A stretch of 64,000 bases of DNA, taken from the NCBI GenBank assembly GCA_012862495.1, contig BLSG01000113.1, positions 12,599-76,598 on the forward strand. Direction: 5' to 3'. The position numbers were made by a program, and so were the translations under genes. The notes beneath the pieces were generated by a model. The model searched no databases. It had not been told where the DNA came from and saw only the letters and a list, made by a program, of their open reading frames with translations. This stretch comes from Thraustochytrium aureum (taxonomy: Eukaryota). This document shows, piece by piece, positions 12,625 through 23,495 of this stretch; within the stretch, counting starts at the first letter, position 1; each line of letters opens with the position of its first letter.

Positions 12625-13429
12625 TCAGATCGGCAGAGTGAAGTAAACGGCAAAGCCTTTCGCGTCGAAGAGGTCGAAAAAATCGTCCGGCGTCAGGTGC
12701 AGCTCGTCCTCGCGCTGCGCAGCTTCGAAGACTAGATTGGCCTTGAGCTCGAGCTCGGAGAGCGGCAGGCCCGGGTGGATGGCGCTGAGAACGTAGATAA
12801 AGTCGTTGCGAGAGACAAAGCCGTCCCCGTCGTGGTCGAACGCCTTGTACGCGTCTGTCCGACAAATAGATCAGCGCACATGAGCCAAGCGGAGCGGAGC
12901 GGAGCTACAGCGCAAAGCCAAAAGGAGAGGCCGCCTTCAGCCTGGCTTCCGCCACACTTACATATTTGCTTCGTCTCTTGCGGCGTCAGCGGGTGGAACA
13001 CCGACACGATGTGCAGAAATGCGTCCGCGTCCACCTCGCCCTCTTCAAGCTCGGGATTTGCCCTTTCGCCACAGACGACCTCTGCAACACGCCCAACGAA
13101 CGGATTGAGGGCGAGCTCGGGCACGCGGTCAACGTCCTCAATGGTGAAGATGTCGCCCTCCGCCGCTTTGGCAGCTTGGAACCGACGAAAGTACTCCCTG
13201 ATCTGCTTGGCCTGGCCCGGCGTGACTGCGGCAGCACAGCAAGCCTCACGGGTCAGCATGTCGTCCGCGCGCGAGTCTCCGCTAGCGCGGCCAACTCAAC
13301 TCACAGCACGTAGGCACCTGCGCGACCTGCGCCTCGGTGGCCACCTTGTTGCTGGTGCTCGGCCTGCGCTTCCGGCGCTTCGACCCGTCCTCTGGCGCCT
13401 CGCCCGCCTTGGCGGCCGCGTTGCCCCAT
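12625..13429 (-). CDS. Calcineurin B / CIB-like EF-hand Ca2+-binding protein, two introns, probable +1 G error right after the ATG
   Basis: Spliced product ...TCFTPGQAKQIREYFRRF...VPELALNPFVGRV...FLHIVSVFHPLTPQETKQIYAYKAFDHDGDGFVSRNDF... with a canonical EF loop. Removing one G from ATGGGGCAAC gives MGNAAAK, an N-myristoylation-type start typical of the family. Confidence 0.85.
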
Positions 13430-13705
13430 GCCGCGCTACTGCCGCCGACCTGCGCGAGCCTCTCGAGCACCAATGCGAAGCGCCGCGGCGAAACGCGAGT
13501 GGCATCGGGCTCCACAAGGCGGATTTGACCGTTTCCGGCTCGCCATCCCGGAGAACACGGCCGCCAGAACGCCTCCCAGCCCGCTCGCGCGCGAGCAGCC
13601 GCCGCCGGAGATCGACCAGCAGGGCGCGGTACAGCACGGCGCTGGCGAATCCATCCACTGTCGCTTCTTGCTGTTTCGCAGGTTGGGGCTGCGGGAACGG
13701 CCGAC

Positions 13706-15143
13706 ATGGCCGAGATGGCCGAGATGGACGAGAATGTGGAGAGCAAAGTCGTCCAGGACGCCGAGCAGGGCGCATCGGCGAGGCAAGTGGAGGCCGACGA
13801 AGACCCTGACGATCTTGAGACCAAGTATGCGGACCAGCGTCAGCCGGAAGAGATGCTGGTGGAGGAGCAAGGAGACGGCGGGGCAGCGGAAGAAAAACGC
13901 ATCGACGTGTAAACTCCAACGAGGACGGCGAGGACGACAATCAGCGCGACCTGGCCGATGAGGACGCGGCCCTGAATGAGGACGCAGACGCCGAAAGCGA
14001 TGGCGCTGCGAAACAACGCGAGCTTGGCCCAGCAGTCTGCGATGAGTCCAAGCGATCAAGCGCGGACGAGGCCAAGTCGGAAGGCGGCGAGTCCGCTCGC
14101 GCGCGGTCGGGGCGAGAACAGCAAGCACAAAAGCAGCAGGCACGAAAAGGAAAGCAGGAGGAAAAGAGCAGCGAGCCGGCCACGGAGGACTTGGAGGAGG
14201 TCCTCGAGACGTACAAGGACGCGCCAAAGAAGAAAAAGTGGCTCGAAGAGGACGAACAACTGCTCCGCAATCGCATCAGGCACCTCAAGTTCGAGCTGAG
14301 CAAGACGAAGAAGAAGGCCGACGAGACATCGACGCGCGCAGACGAGATTCGGCAAATGAAGGAGAAGAATTTGCGGCAGCGCGAGGAGCGCCGCAAGTCG
14401 GCCCTCGACACGTACGGGATGACCAGCGAGCGGGCAAAAGAGCTGAGGCGCCAGCAAGAAGAAGCGCGCCAGAAGCTTCTTCAGGCTCGGCAAGCGAAGG
14501 AGGACGAAGCCAAACGCGAAGCAGAGCAGCTGCGTGAGCAGCGGCTCGCGATGAAAGAGCGGACCGCGCAGGCAAAGCTCCGCGAGGCCGAGGCGACCAA
14601 AAGGCGGGTCAAGGAACGCAAAGCCGAGCTCGAGCGCAAGCGCCGAGACGAGGAGCGCTCAAAGGAGCAGCAGGCCGAGCGACAGCTCGCGCTTGCAAAG
14701 GACGCCCTTGNNNNNNNNNNNNNNNNNNNNNNNNNNNNNNNNNNNNNNNNNNNNNNNNNNNNNNNNNNNNNNNNNNNNNNNNNNNNNNNNNNNNNNNNNN
14801 NNNNNNNNNNNNNNNNNNNNNNNNNNNNNNNNNNNNNNNNNNNNNNNNNNNNNNNNNNNNNNNNNNNNNNNNNNNNNNNNNNNNNNNNNNNNNNNNNNNN
14901 NNNNNNNNNNCCCTTGTGGAAGAGCGCACGAAAACGCGGTCGCTAAACGCGGCCATCCTCCGACTCGAGTCCAAGGAGCGCGACTGGATTGAGCGTCTGA
15001 AAGGCTCTCTGGCGGAGCAGCGTCAGGTTTATGCCGAGCTTGAGGCAGAGCTCGCGCAGGATGCAAGCGACGCAGACGCGTCGGGCAACCAGCGCGACGA
15101 GGCAGACGCACAAGCAGCGGCGGCAGCAACGAGCGCAACCTGA
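13706..15143 (+). CDS. Acidic N-terminus plus long charged coiled-coil protein of unknown function; frameshift near 13910, gap 14711-14910
   Basis: ORFs 13706..13912, 14191..14946 (frame open from ~13910) and 14916..15143 share strong coding bias and E/K/R/Q heptad composition. Confidence 0.7.
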
Positions 15144-15278
15144 CCACACCTGTCGCCGTTGCTCTGCACCGCCCTTGGTGAGCAAGCAGACCATAGCAAA
15201 AGCATGCTGCAGCAGGACTGCAAGTTGTTCGAAAGCGAAAACAATACAAGGAACGCCCGCGATTGTCTAAAGTACTTA

Positions 15279-17031
15279 CTATATGAGCAAGTCCTCGAGG
15301 TCGTCCTCGTCCTCGAATGCAAGAGCGCGGTCCACTGGCGCCTCACCAGTGCGAGCCGACTCCAGAGCGAGGGCCCTCTCCGCTTCTGCAAGAACTGCTT
15401 CAATCGACTTGAGACGTTCGGCCTCGGCCTGCTTCCTCTCCTCCTCGGCCTTGGCAGCCGACTCTTCCTCGTGGCGCTTGATTTTTTCGCTGCGTTCGCG
15501 CTCGCGCTCGTCTTTGATGTGCTGTGAGAGCATGTCGGCAGTGTGGAAGCGGTCCTCGGGAAGGATATCGTCATCTGAAGGTATCTTGGGTTGGGTGGCA
15601 CGACTGCTGGAGTCCTCAGACAGGCCCACGGGGCCCAGCTGTTCTGATGATGCTGACTCGCCGCCTTCCGAGTAGTGGAGCGCGTTGGCAAGGAGCCACG
15701 GGCGCGAGCCCGGGTCGGGCTCATGGGATGCCCGCCAAGCTTCGCGTGCCGATGGCAAGACCGCCAGCTCGACGGTCAAGATGCTCTCTGCGGAGTCAAA
15801 GCTCGCCTGCGCGCTGCCCTCGTCGACGGTGCAAGGCATAAAGAGGTCCAATGGCTGGTAGAATCCCTCGCAGCGAAGCGACAAGACCTCGGCCGACGCC
15901 TGAACCTTGAGCTTGGCTGCCAGCTCTGGTTCGGTTTTCACTCGGTCGAGCTGCGCCCTGAAAAGGAGAGCCGAGCGAGCAAGGTCTCGTCCTCCTCAGG
16001 ACGGGCTTGGACCGGGTCTTTGAGGACGGCTTCGCAGGACCTAATGGAGCCGTCGGCTGAACGGATGGAAAGCGAGTAGGCCAGGGGCTGTGGGGGGCGG
16101 CGCTTGGGCTTTGACGCCGCTGCCGCGGTGGGCTTGAGCACAGCGCGGGCTGGATTGGCACCTTCGTCGGAGACCTCCTCGATCACCGGAGCGCGCCGCT
16201 TGCGAATCAGCTGGTACGGGATCCTGTCCTTGTCGCCCTTGTATACGAGTCGCGGCAGCTTGTACTTGTAGTCGACCTGGCACTTGTACTTTTGCTCGAT
16301 GTACTGGAGGGCGAGTTCGCACAAAAAGCTGCGGGAAGACCCCGTCTTGTCGTCGTTCGCGTTCGAAATCACTTCAGGGTTTACGATAATGTCGTAGACG
16401 ACGCAGACGCCGCCAGACTTGTCCACGTCCGTCTTGGGCGGGCCCAGGCTTAGCGGGATGTTGATGCCTTCCTGCTCCGAGCCGTCGTCCTGCAATGTAG
16501 GCGGCAGCCGGTTCGCCCAGGCCAGAGCGTCAGTCACCTCTCCGTTTCATGGGTAGACTGCTAGTTGAGAGCGAAACTTACCGCCAGCGTTTTCTTGGTC
16601 GACATCTTTTGGATCAGGGGAGACTGGCAAATGTTTACGAAAACCTTGTCCCCTGTGGACGTGCGCGTTTTCAGGACGAATCCGGGCACGGGCACGACGC
16701 GCTCGCCTTCCTCTTCCTCCTGCTCTTTGACTCCGCCCTTGCCCATCACCTTGCCGCCGGGCAAGCGTGGGCTAAAGTCCGGTGCTTCCGAGTCAGCTAG
16801 GCCCTCCTCTGGCCTTGTCACAATCTTTTCCGTTTGCTTTTTCGTTTCCACGAACTGCTCGATGTCCTTCATGAGGAGCGCGTACTCGTCCGGGTCGGTC
16901 TCCTTCAGACCTTCAAGGTAGGCTGCCCATTCGACGGCGGGGTCACCTTCCTGCCCCTCGGCTCGTCCTCCACCAAGCAGCCCCTCGCCGAGCCCCGTCT
17001 TCACTGCGCTCTTCGACATGACGCCGACCAT
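15279..17031 (-). CDS. PIH1-domain protein (PIH1D1/Kintoun-like co-chaperone), intron 16490-16581, frameshift near 15960
   Basis: VVPVPGFVLKT...KVFVNICQS / IPLSLGPP..DVDKSGGVCVVYDIIVNP...LPRLVYKG PIH1 motifs, plus a C-terminal CS-like segment (ASFDSAESILTVEL). Confidence 0.88.
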
Positions 17032-17194
17032 GCGTGTTTCGCGCCGCGTGCCGCTTTTGCGTTGCGAGTAAACGACTTGGCCAGACCGCTGGAGATGAGC
17101 TCCGCACTTTCTTCCTTGCCTTTGGACGGGGCAGCCTGCAGCTGGGTCTGAGCTCCGTCGCTTTGAGTGCCTGTCCTAGCGGTCAGCACTCGTT

Positions 17195-17533
17195 GGCGTC
17201 GCCTTGGCCAACTTGCCAGACCGAATTGGCCTGACTGACTGTCTGGCCTGCCTGGCCGAGTTGGCCAGACTGTGACTGGCGGGTCGCCGCTGCGTTGATT
17301 GGGCCTGCGACTGCCTGGCCTGGCCGAGTTGGTCTTGTTGACCGATGACTGACGCCCCTGGCTGAGTCGGCCCGAATCAACGCTCTGCCTGAGATGGCCG
17401 GATAGTGATCGGCCTGATTGACCGCTCTACCTGAGTTGGCCTGATAGTGACTGGCGGGCCGCTGCGTTCGTTGGGCGTCTGCCTGGCTGCCTGGCTGGCT
17501 GGCTGCGTGGCTGGCTGGCTGCCTGGCTGCCTG
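17195..17533. repeat. Degenerate TGGCC/CTGG-rich tandem repeat region in the PIH1-RPLP0 divergent intergenic space
   Basis: Repeated ttggcc/ctggcc words, a near-duplicate gctct(g/a)cctgag(a/t)tggcc(g/t)gatagtga at ~17382 and ~17424, and a (CTGG)n-like tract at 17480-17533. Confidence 0.6.
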
Positions 17534-18135
17534 CACGACAGTGGGACGCATCGCGTGAATTCTGAACGTTGACGCGACGCAGCACGACACCATAAAGAGC
17601 GACTCTTGCCAGCGAGCACCAACGAGCCCTTCCCCTCAACCCCTAACCCCACTTCGGTATCAAAACCCTCCCCAGCAGCTCTGGGTTCCGCGCACGTTTT
17701 TCAGGAACGCATTTCACTTACCCAAGCCCAGCGGCGATGGGCTCGCGAGGTGCGCTTTGGGAAACGCGCCGCGCCGCAGCTTGTTGGTGCATCGACGCAC
17801 TGAGCCAGCAGCGCGCACCTTGGGGTGCCCGGTTCGCGGAACGCAACTCGCGAAGGGCGAAAACGCAACCCAGTTGCGATCACCTTGGGCGGAGTTTTCT
17901 GAGGAACGCTTTGCGGCGGGCGGCGGATGGCCAGGACGGCCAGCAGAGAGGAGCGCGGGGGCGAGCGGCGCGGCAGTGCGCGAAGCAGAGCAGGCAAGGC
18001 GAGAGGGCTGTGGTTAAAAGTGTTCTATCCGCTTGACGGTAGGACTCCACACCCGCACAGAGCAGGAAGAGCAGCAGCGCGAGGGTTTCGAGAGTTGTAG
18101 TTGTTGAGGACAAGCGAGCAAAGCAAGCAGCAAAG

Positions 18136-19168
18136 ATGCCGACTCGCGAGCGCAAGGCCCAGTACTTCGTCCGGACGAAGAAGCTGCTCGAGGACTACCG
18201 CAAGATCCTCGTCGTCAGCGCCAACAATGTCGGCAGCAAGCAGTTCCAGCAGATTCGCATTGCCCTCCGCGGCAAGGCCGTCGTGCTGATGGGCAAGAAC
18301 ACGATGATGCGCCGCATTTTGATCGAGTTTATCGAGGCGCAGGGCGGCAGCCACCCGATCGAGGCCATCCAGCCGCTCGTTGTCGGCAACGTCGGCTTCA
18401 TCTTCACCAACGACGATGTCAACGACGTGCGCAAGGTGATCAACGAGAACCGCGTCCCCGCCGCCGCCCGCGCCGGCCAGTTCGCCGAGATCGACNNNNN
18501 NNNNNNNNNNNNNNNNNNNNNNNNNNNNNNNNNNNNNNNNNNNNNNNNNNNNNNNNNNNNNNNNNNNNNNNNNNNNNNNNNNNNNNNNNNNNNNNNNNNN
18601 NNNNNNNNNNNNNNNNNNNNNNNNNNNNNNNNNNNNNNNNNNNNNNNNNNAGATTGAGATTGTGTCCGAGCTCAAGCTCGTCTCCAAGGGCGAGCAGGTC
18701 GGCAGCTCTGAGGCGGCCCTGCTGCAGAAGCTTGACATCCGCCCGTTCACTTACGGGCTCGTGCTCAAGTCGGTCTACGACAACGGCGCCGTCTTTGACG
18801 CCAAGGTGCTCGACATCACCCAGGAAGACATGAAGGCCAAGTTCATCCGCGCTTGCCGCGACATGGCCTCCGTGTGCCTGTCGCTCGGCTACCCGACCGT
18901 TGTGTCGCTGCCGCACTCTGTTGGCGCTGGCGTGCGCACGCTCATCGCCATCGCCGCTGCTTCTGGGTACACCTTCGAGCAGATGGAGGAGTGGGACAAG
19001 CTGCTCAACATGGACCCGGAGGAGCTCGCCAAGATGCAGGCTGCCGCCGCTGCCTCGAGCAGCGCTGGCGGCGCCGCCGCTGCCGAGGAGAAGGTCGAGG
19101 AGGAGGAAGAGGAGGTCGACGTCGGCGGCGGCGGCCTCTTTGGCGGCGAGGATGCTGCCGCCTACTAA
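18136..19168 (+). CDS. RPLP0: 60S acidic ribosomal protein P0 (uL10); gap 18496-18650
   Basis: NVGSKQFQQIRIALRGKAVVLMGKNTMMRR, GNVGFIFT, VPAAARAG, VGSSEAALLQKLDIRPFTYGL, Ala-rich hinge and acidic tail ending in GGLFG. Confidence 0.98.
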
Positions 19169-19439
19169 GCGCTTCCACCTCGCGTGGGTCTCGCGCTTGC
19201 TGGCATCCCCAACATCTACTAAACAAAAAGGAAATCTCGCGCTTCCATTCCTTCTAAAGGTACCGTACCCTACCTACCCAGTTGGCGTTTCCCAGTTGGC
19301 GTTACCCAGTTGGCATTGCAGGCTCGTGCGCTCAAGCAATAAAGCAATCCGTCGGGGCTGGGGACCACCGCGCGACACTCCAACCGGCCGCACCAGCGCG
19401 CCGACCACCCGGCCGAAGCAAGCGCTTCCTTGCGAGGCA

Positions 19440-19719
19440 TCAGTTGCTCGTCTCCATGCCAGCTTCATCCTCGTCGTCGTCGCCATCAGCCGCGCCGTCG
19501 TCGGCGGCCGGCCTGGGCGGCGGCCCGCACGGCTGCACCATCTTTGCAAGCAGCGTCGCACGCACCCGCTCGATGCTCTCGTTCTCCGCGACCGCAAAGT
19601 ACGCCATCATGTCCGCATGGCCGAGGTGTGAGGCGAGCGTGTCACGCTGGAGGCTGACGCCCCACTCGAACTTGGTCATGTCCGGGTTGCCGGTCCCCAC
19701 AAACTTGTTCTCCAGGTGC
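19440..19719 (-). CDS. SF3B5: Splicing factor 3B subunit 5 (SF3b10); start lost in gap
   Basis: HLENKFVGTGNPDMTKFEW...QRDTLASHLGH...YFAVAENESIERVR...KMVQPCGPPP is the near-invariant SF3B5 sequence. Confidence 0.95.
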
Positions 19720-20153
19720 NNNNNNNNNNNNNNNNNNNNNNNNNNNNNNNNNNNNNNNNNNNNNNNNNNNNNNNNNNNNNNNNNNNNNNNNNNNNNNNNN
19801 NNNNNNNNNNNNNNNNNNNNNNNNNNNNNNNNNNNNNNNNNNNNNNNNNNNNNNNNNNNNNNNNNNNNNNNNNNNNNNNNNNNNNNNNNNNNNNNNNNNN
19901 NNNNNNNNNNNNNNNNNNNNNNNNNNNNNNNNNNNNNNNNNNNNNNNNNNNNNNNNNNNNNNNNNNNNNNNNNNNNNNNNNNNNNNNNNNNNNNNNNNNN
20001 NNNNNNNNNNNNNNNNNNNNNNNNNNNNNNNNNNNNNNNNNNNNNNNNNNNNNNNNNNNNNNNNNNNNNNNNNNNNNNNNNNNNNNNNNNNNNNNNNNNN
20101 NNNNNNNNNNNNNNNNNNNNNNNNNNNNNNNNNNNNNNNNNNNNNNNNNNNNN

Positions 20154-20766
20154 CCAAAGCGACCCGCGGCTGCGCGTCCTCGTGGACAGGCTCGTGCGCG
20201 ACGAGTGCCTCGCCAGGCTCGACGGTGACGCCTGGGATGCCGATGCGTTTCTGCAGCAGCGAGGGTACGCCGCGGCGCGGACGACGCGGACGGAGAGCGA
20301 GTTTGTGGCAAGCGAGCTCGAACGCGTCGAGCGCCACGGCGCTGCCAAGGTAGAATTCGCCAGCGACGCGCGCTATCAGGCCGCACCAGAGCCCGACGGC
20401 GCGATGGAGCGCGAGCCAGAGGCGTGGCTCGCTGCTGCGCGGCACAACAGGCTCGTTATAGAGAGGCTCGATGTGGACCTGGTGAACGCTGAGCTCGAGC
20501 TCAAGTATGGCCAGGTAGCCTGGAAGATTTACGCACAGATGATTGAGGGGCTCAAGGAGCGCGCCGAGCGCGGCTTGGCCGAGACGCGCGCGCAGAGCGT
20601 GCGGATCAACCAGGAGCGCAAGGGTGCGCACCTGCGCTCTCACCACGCGGTCAAGCTCGCTCGCGAGCAGTGGCTTGACAGCCTGCACCAGACTCGCGAG
20701 CTGGGCCGAGCTCTGCGAGAGGCGCCTCCCGCGAAGCGAGCGAGGCCCGGGCCTTTGGCGGACTAG
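20154..20766 (+). CDS. BCAS2: Pre-mRNA splicing factor SPF27/BCAS2 (Prp19 complex); start in gap
   Basis: ASELERV..., RYQAAPEP, W..A..HN, NAELELKYGQVAW, INQERKGAH match the SPF27 pattern. Confidence 0.82.
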
Positions 20767-20897
20767 CGCGGTCGGCCAGCTACTGCGTTGTGGTTGCGGG
20801 CCGGATGCTGGTGCCCTTTGTAGTGATTGATCAAGATGCCGGATTGACGGATCGACTCTTCTCTTGCGCATCTGTCTACGAGTACAGATAGGTCTAC

Positions 20898-20931
<34 letters not shown>
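20898..20931. repeat. (GATA)n microsatellite between convergent genes
   Basis: About 8 gata units seen directly. Confidence 0.92.
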
Positions 20932-21052
20932 GTAGTGGAGAGAGTTAGTACCGTTCCCTACCTTACCGCACCCTTCTAGGGTACATGCAATACGCGGGCT
21001 GCCAGGCAGCCTGCAAGTGCGGGTGGCGTCGCCGGCGCCCGCTGGGTCTGTC

Positions 21053-21826
21053 CTAGTCGTCAACAAAGGCGGCAGCCTGCCTTTTGGGCTCGCGCCTCGA
21101 ACGCGCCGTGCGGCGAGCACGTTTTCGGTCCGACGCCTGAGTCGCGCCCGCGTCGCTCTGCCCGGCCGGCGCTGCTTGGGCTGCGTCGAGGTCTACCTCC
21201 TCGTCGCGCTCAAGAAGGCCAAGCCAGGCCCTGCCGCCCTTGGTGTCCTTGCTCCGCATGTACTCGGCTTGCGCCGCCATGCGCTTGGCGGCCGGCAGCA
21301 GCGCAAACGACATGTCGAGCAGCATGTTGAGCAGCAGATCGTCGACCTGGTCGATCGCGCTCTCGAAGAGCAGCTCGCCGCGCACTCGCGTGCCCTCCCC
21401 AAGCTCGTGCTGCACGGTGACGACCAGGCGGTCCGCGGTGCTCGCTACACCACCACGGGGGCTCGCCTCGCGCTTGACCAGCTTGTAGGATATCGTGTCT
21501 CGCGTTTTCAGCGTCATGGCGAGCGTCGCCGACATTTCGTGGGCGACCGCCTCGGCATCGATGCGGACCCCGAGGGCCTCAAAGTGCTTTCCAAGCGCCG
21601 TGGCGCTCAGCGACGAGGTCCACATCCTGCTGCTCGCTGCAACCGGTTCGTCGCCAGGACGCCGGCCAGGTGCGTTGGCGCTCTGTGCGTCGCCGCCGAG
21701 CGGCACGAGCCCCAGCTGGGCGCGCAGCCCGCCGCTGACCTTCTCGCACCGCACGATCAAAAGCGCCGACCTGGGCCCAAGCGACTCGCGCACGAACCGG
21801 GTCCACACGAGCCTGGACGCCCCGTC
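21053..21826 (-). CDS. Hypothetical protein, possibly XLF/PAXX/XRCC4-superfamily NHEJ factor; start in gap
   Basis: 257 codons open. Beta-rich head with WTSSLSATALGKHFEAL, LVVTVQHELG, helix LLNMLLDMSFAL..MRSKD and a basic tail ending AAAFVDD. Family is inferred only. Confidence 0.6.
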   Translation of the reverse strand, partial: DGASRLVWTRFVRESLGPRSALLIVRCEKVSGGLRAQLGLVPLGGDAQSANAPGRRPGDEPVAASSRMWTSSLSATALGKHFEALGVRIDAEAVAHEMSATLAMTLKTRDTISYKLVKREASPRGGVASTADRLVVTVQHELGEGTRVRGELLFESAIDQVDDLLLNMLLDMSFALLPAAKRMAAQAEYMRSKDTKGGRAWLGLLERDEEVDLDAAQAAPAGQSDAGATQASDRKRARRTARSRREPKRQAAAFVDD

Positions 21827-22352
21827 NNNNNNNNNNNNNNNNNNNNNNNNNNNNNNNNNNNNNNNNNNNNNNNNNNNNNNNNNNNNNNNNNNNNNNNNNN
21901 NNNNNNNNNNNNNNNNNNNNNNNNNNNNNNNNNNNNNNNNNNNNNNNNNNNNNNNNNNNNNNNNNNNNNNNNNNNNNNNNNNNNNNNNNNNNNNNNNNNN
22001 NNNNNNNNNNNNNNNNNNNNNNNNNNNNNNNNNNNNNNNNNNNNNNNNNNNNNNNNNNNNNNNNNNNNNNNNNNNNNNNNNNNNNNNNNNNNNNNNNNNN
22101 NNNNNNNNNNNNNNNNNNNNNNNNNNNNNNNNNNNNNNNNNNNNNNNNNNNNNNNNNNNNNNNNNNNNNNNNNNNNNNNNNNNNNNNNNNNNNNNNNNNN
22201 NNNNNNNNNNNNNNNNNNNNNNNNNNNNNNNNNNNNNNNNNNNNNNNNNNNNNNNNNNNNNNNNNNNNNNNNNNNNNNNNNNNNNNNNNNNNNNNNNNNN
22301 NNNNNNNNNNNNNNNNNNNNNNNNNNNNNNNNNNNNNNNNNNNNNNNNNNNN

Positions 22353-23231
22353 AGACCGGGTTCGAGCTCGTTGGGAACGAGGCGGCTGCGTTCGCCCAGG
22401 CCTTCGTGGACGCGAAGCTGACGACGCCTGCCGTGCTTTACTGCGCCCGCGGCGGGCTCAGGTCCAACCTGGCGTCGCGATTCTTGAGCGATGCTGTCGG
22501 GGCGCAGACGCGCGTCCTTCGGGGCGGGTACGAAGGCGTTTCGGCGTGCCGCGCTGGATAGCTGGGCCTCTGGTGAGACCCCACCTGTTGTCGTCCTCGG
22601 CGGCGCAACGGGGGTCGGCAAGACCGAGGTTTTGTCTCGGCTTGCGCGCCGCGGGGCCCAAGTCGTCGACCTTGAGGCGCTCGCTTGTCACCGCGGAAGC
22701 GCGTTCGGGAGCGTTGGCCAGGTCGCGCCTCAGCCGACAACGGAGCACCTCGCCAACCTGATCGGGGACGCTTGGCTCAACTTTGACTCAAGCCGCGTCG
22801 TGTTTCTGGAGGACGAAGGGGCCCATATCGGAGGGGCGCAGCTTCCCCCGACGCTGTACCAGCGGATCCGGGGCGCCGCACTTGTAGTTCAGATAGAGGT
22901 CCCGCTCGAGGCGCGTGTCGAGCGCCTCACGCGCGACTACGCCACGGCATCGCCACAAGAGTTGTCGAGCGCGATAAGCAGGATCGAGAGGCGCCTCGGC
23001 AGCGAGCGCGCCTCGCTTTGCCGGAAGCTCGTGGGCGAGGGCAACTATGCCGAGGTCGCCAGGTTGCTCTTAGCCTACTATGACCGCAGGTACGAAGCGC
23101 ACTTGTTCCGGGGACGGGAGGCAGTCTCTTGGTGTCGTGTTCTGACGGACGAGAACGACGCCGAGCTCTTATATGAGAGGCTTGCAACTGAGGTGATTGG
23201 GGCCGCTCGAGAGCGTGGCTTCGCCGTGTGA
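22353..23231 (+). CDS. mnmH: tRNA 2-selenouridine synthase / geranyltransferase (SelU/MnmH/YbbB); N-terminus in gap, +1 frameshift at ~22532
   Basis: Rhodanese site LYCARGGLRS, LRGGY(K)AFRR, P-loop LGGATGVGKT, VDLEALACHRGSAFG, QPT, VFLEDE..IG...LP, RVERL..DY, I..RLG, LLAYYDRRY: the full set of SelU motifs in order. Confidence 0.93.
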
Positions 23232-23495
23232 CCGTTGTCTTTCCTCGAGCGGTCCGTTCGTGTGCTGTGGCTCGGATCGGCTCAACTGGTTGAGCGAGAA
23301 GGTAGCTCTCTGAATCGTTAGAAACCTATTATCGCCCAGAGCCCCGACAAGAAGATGTCCCCGACAAAACGTGGTCGGTGAAAACGCCAGAGGGTGCGCA
23401 AGGGAAAGCCTGCACTAGCTGGCCCGCCATGGCATGGCAGCCCAAGGCGGGGCTCGCGAATGTCGCAGGCATCGAGTGCCTTGCCCCACCTTTCT

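Noticed and set aside
17630..17670. Telomere-like/telo-box motif (ccctaacccc) upstream of RPLP0
   Set aside because: Single imperfect unit, not distinguishable from chance.
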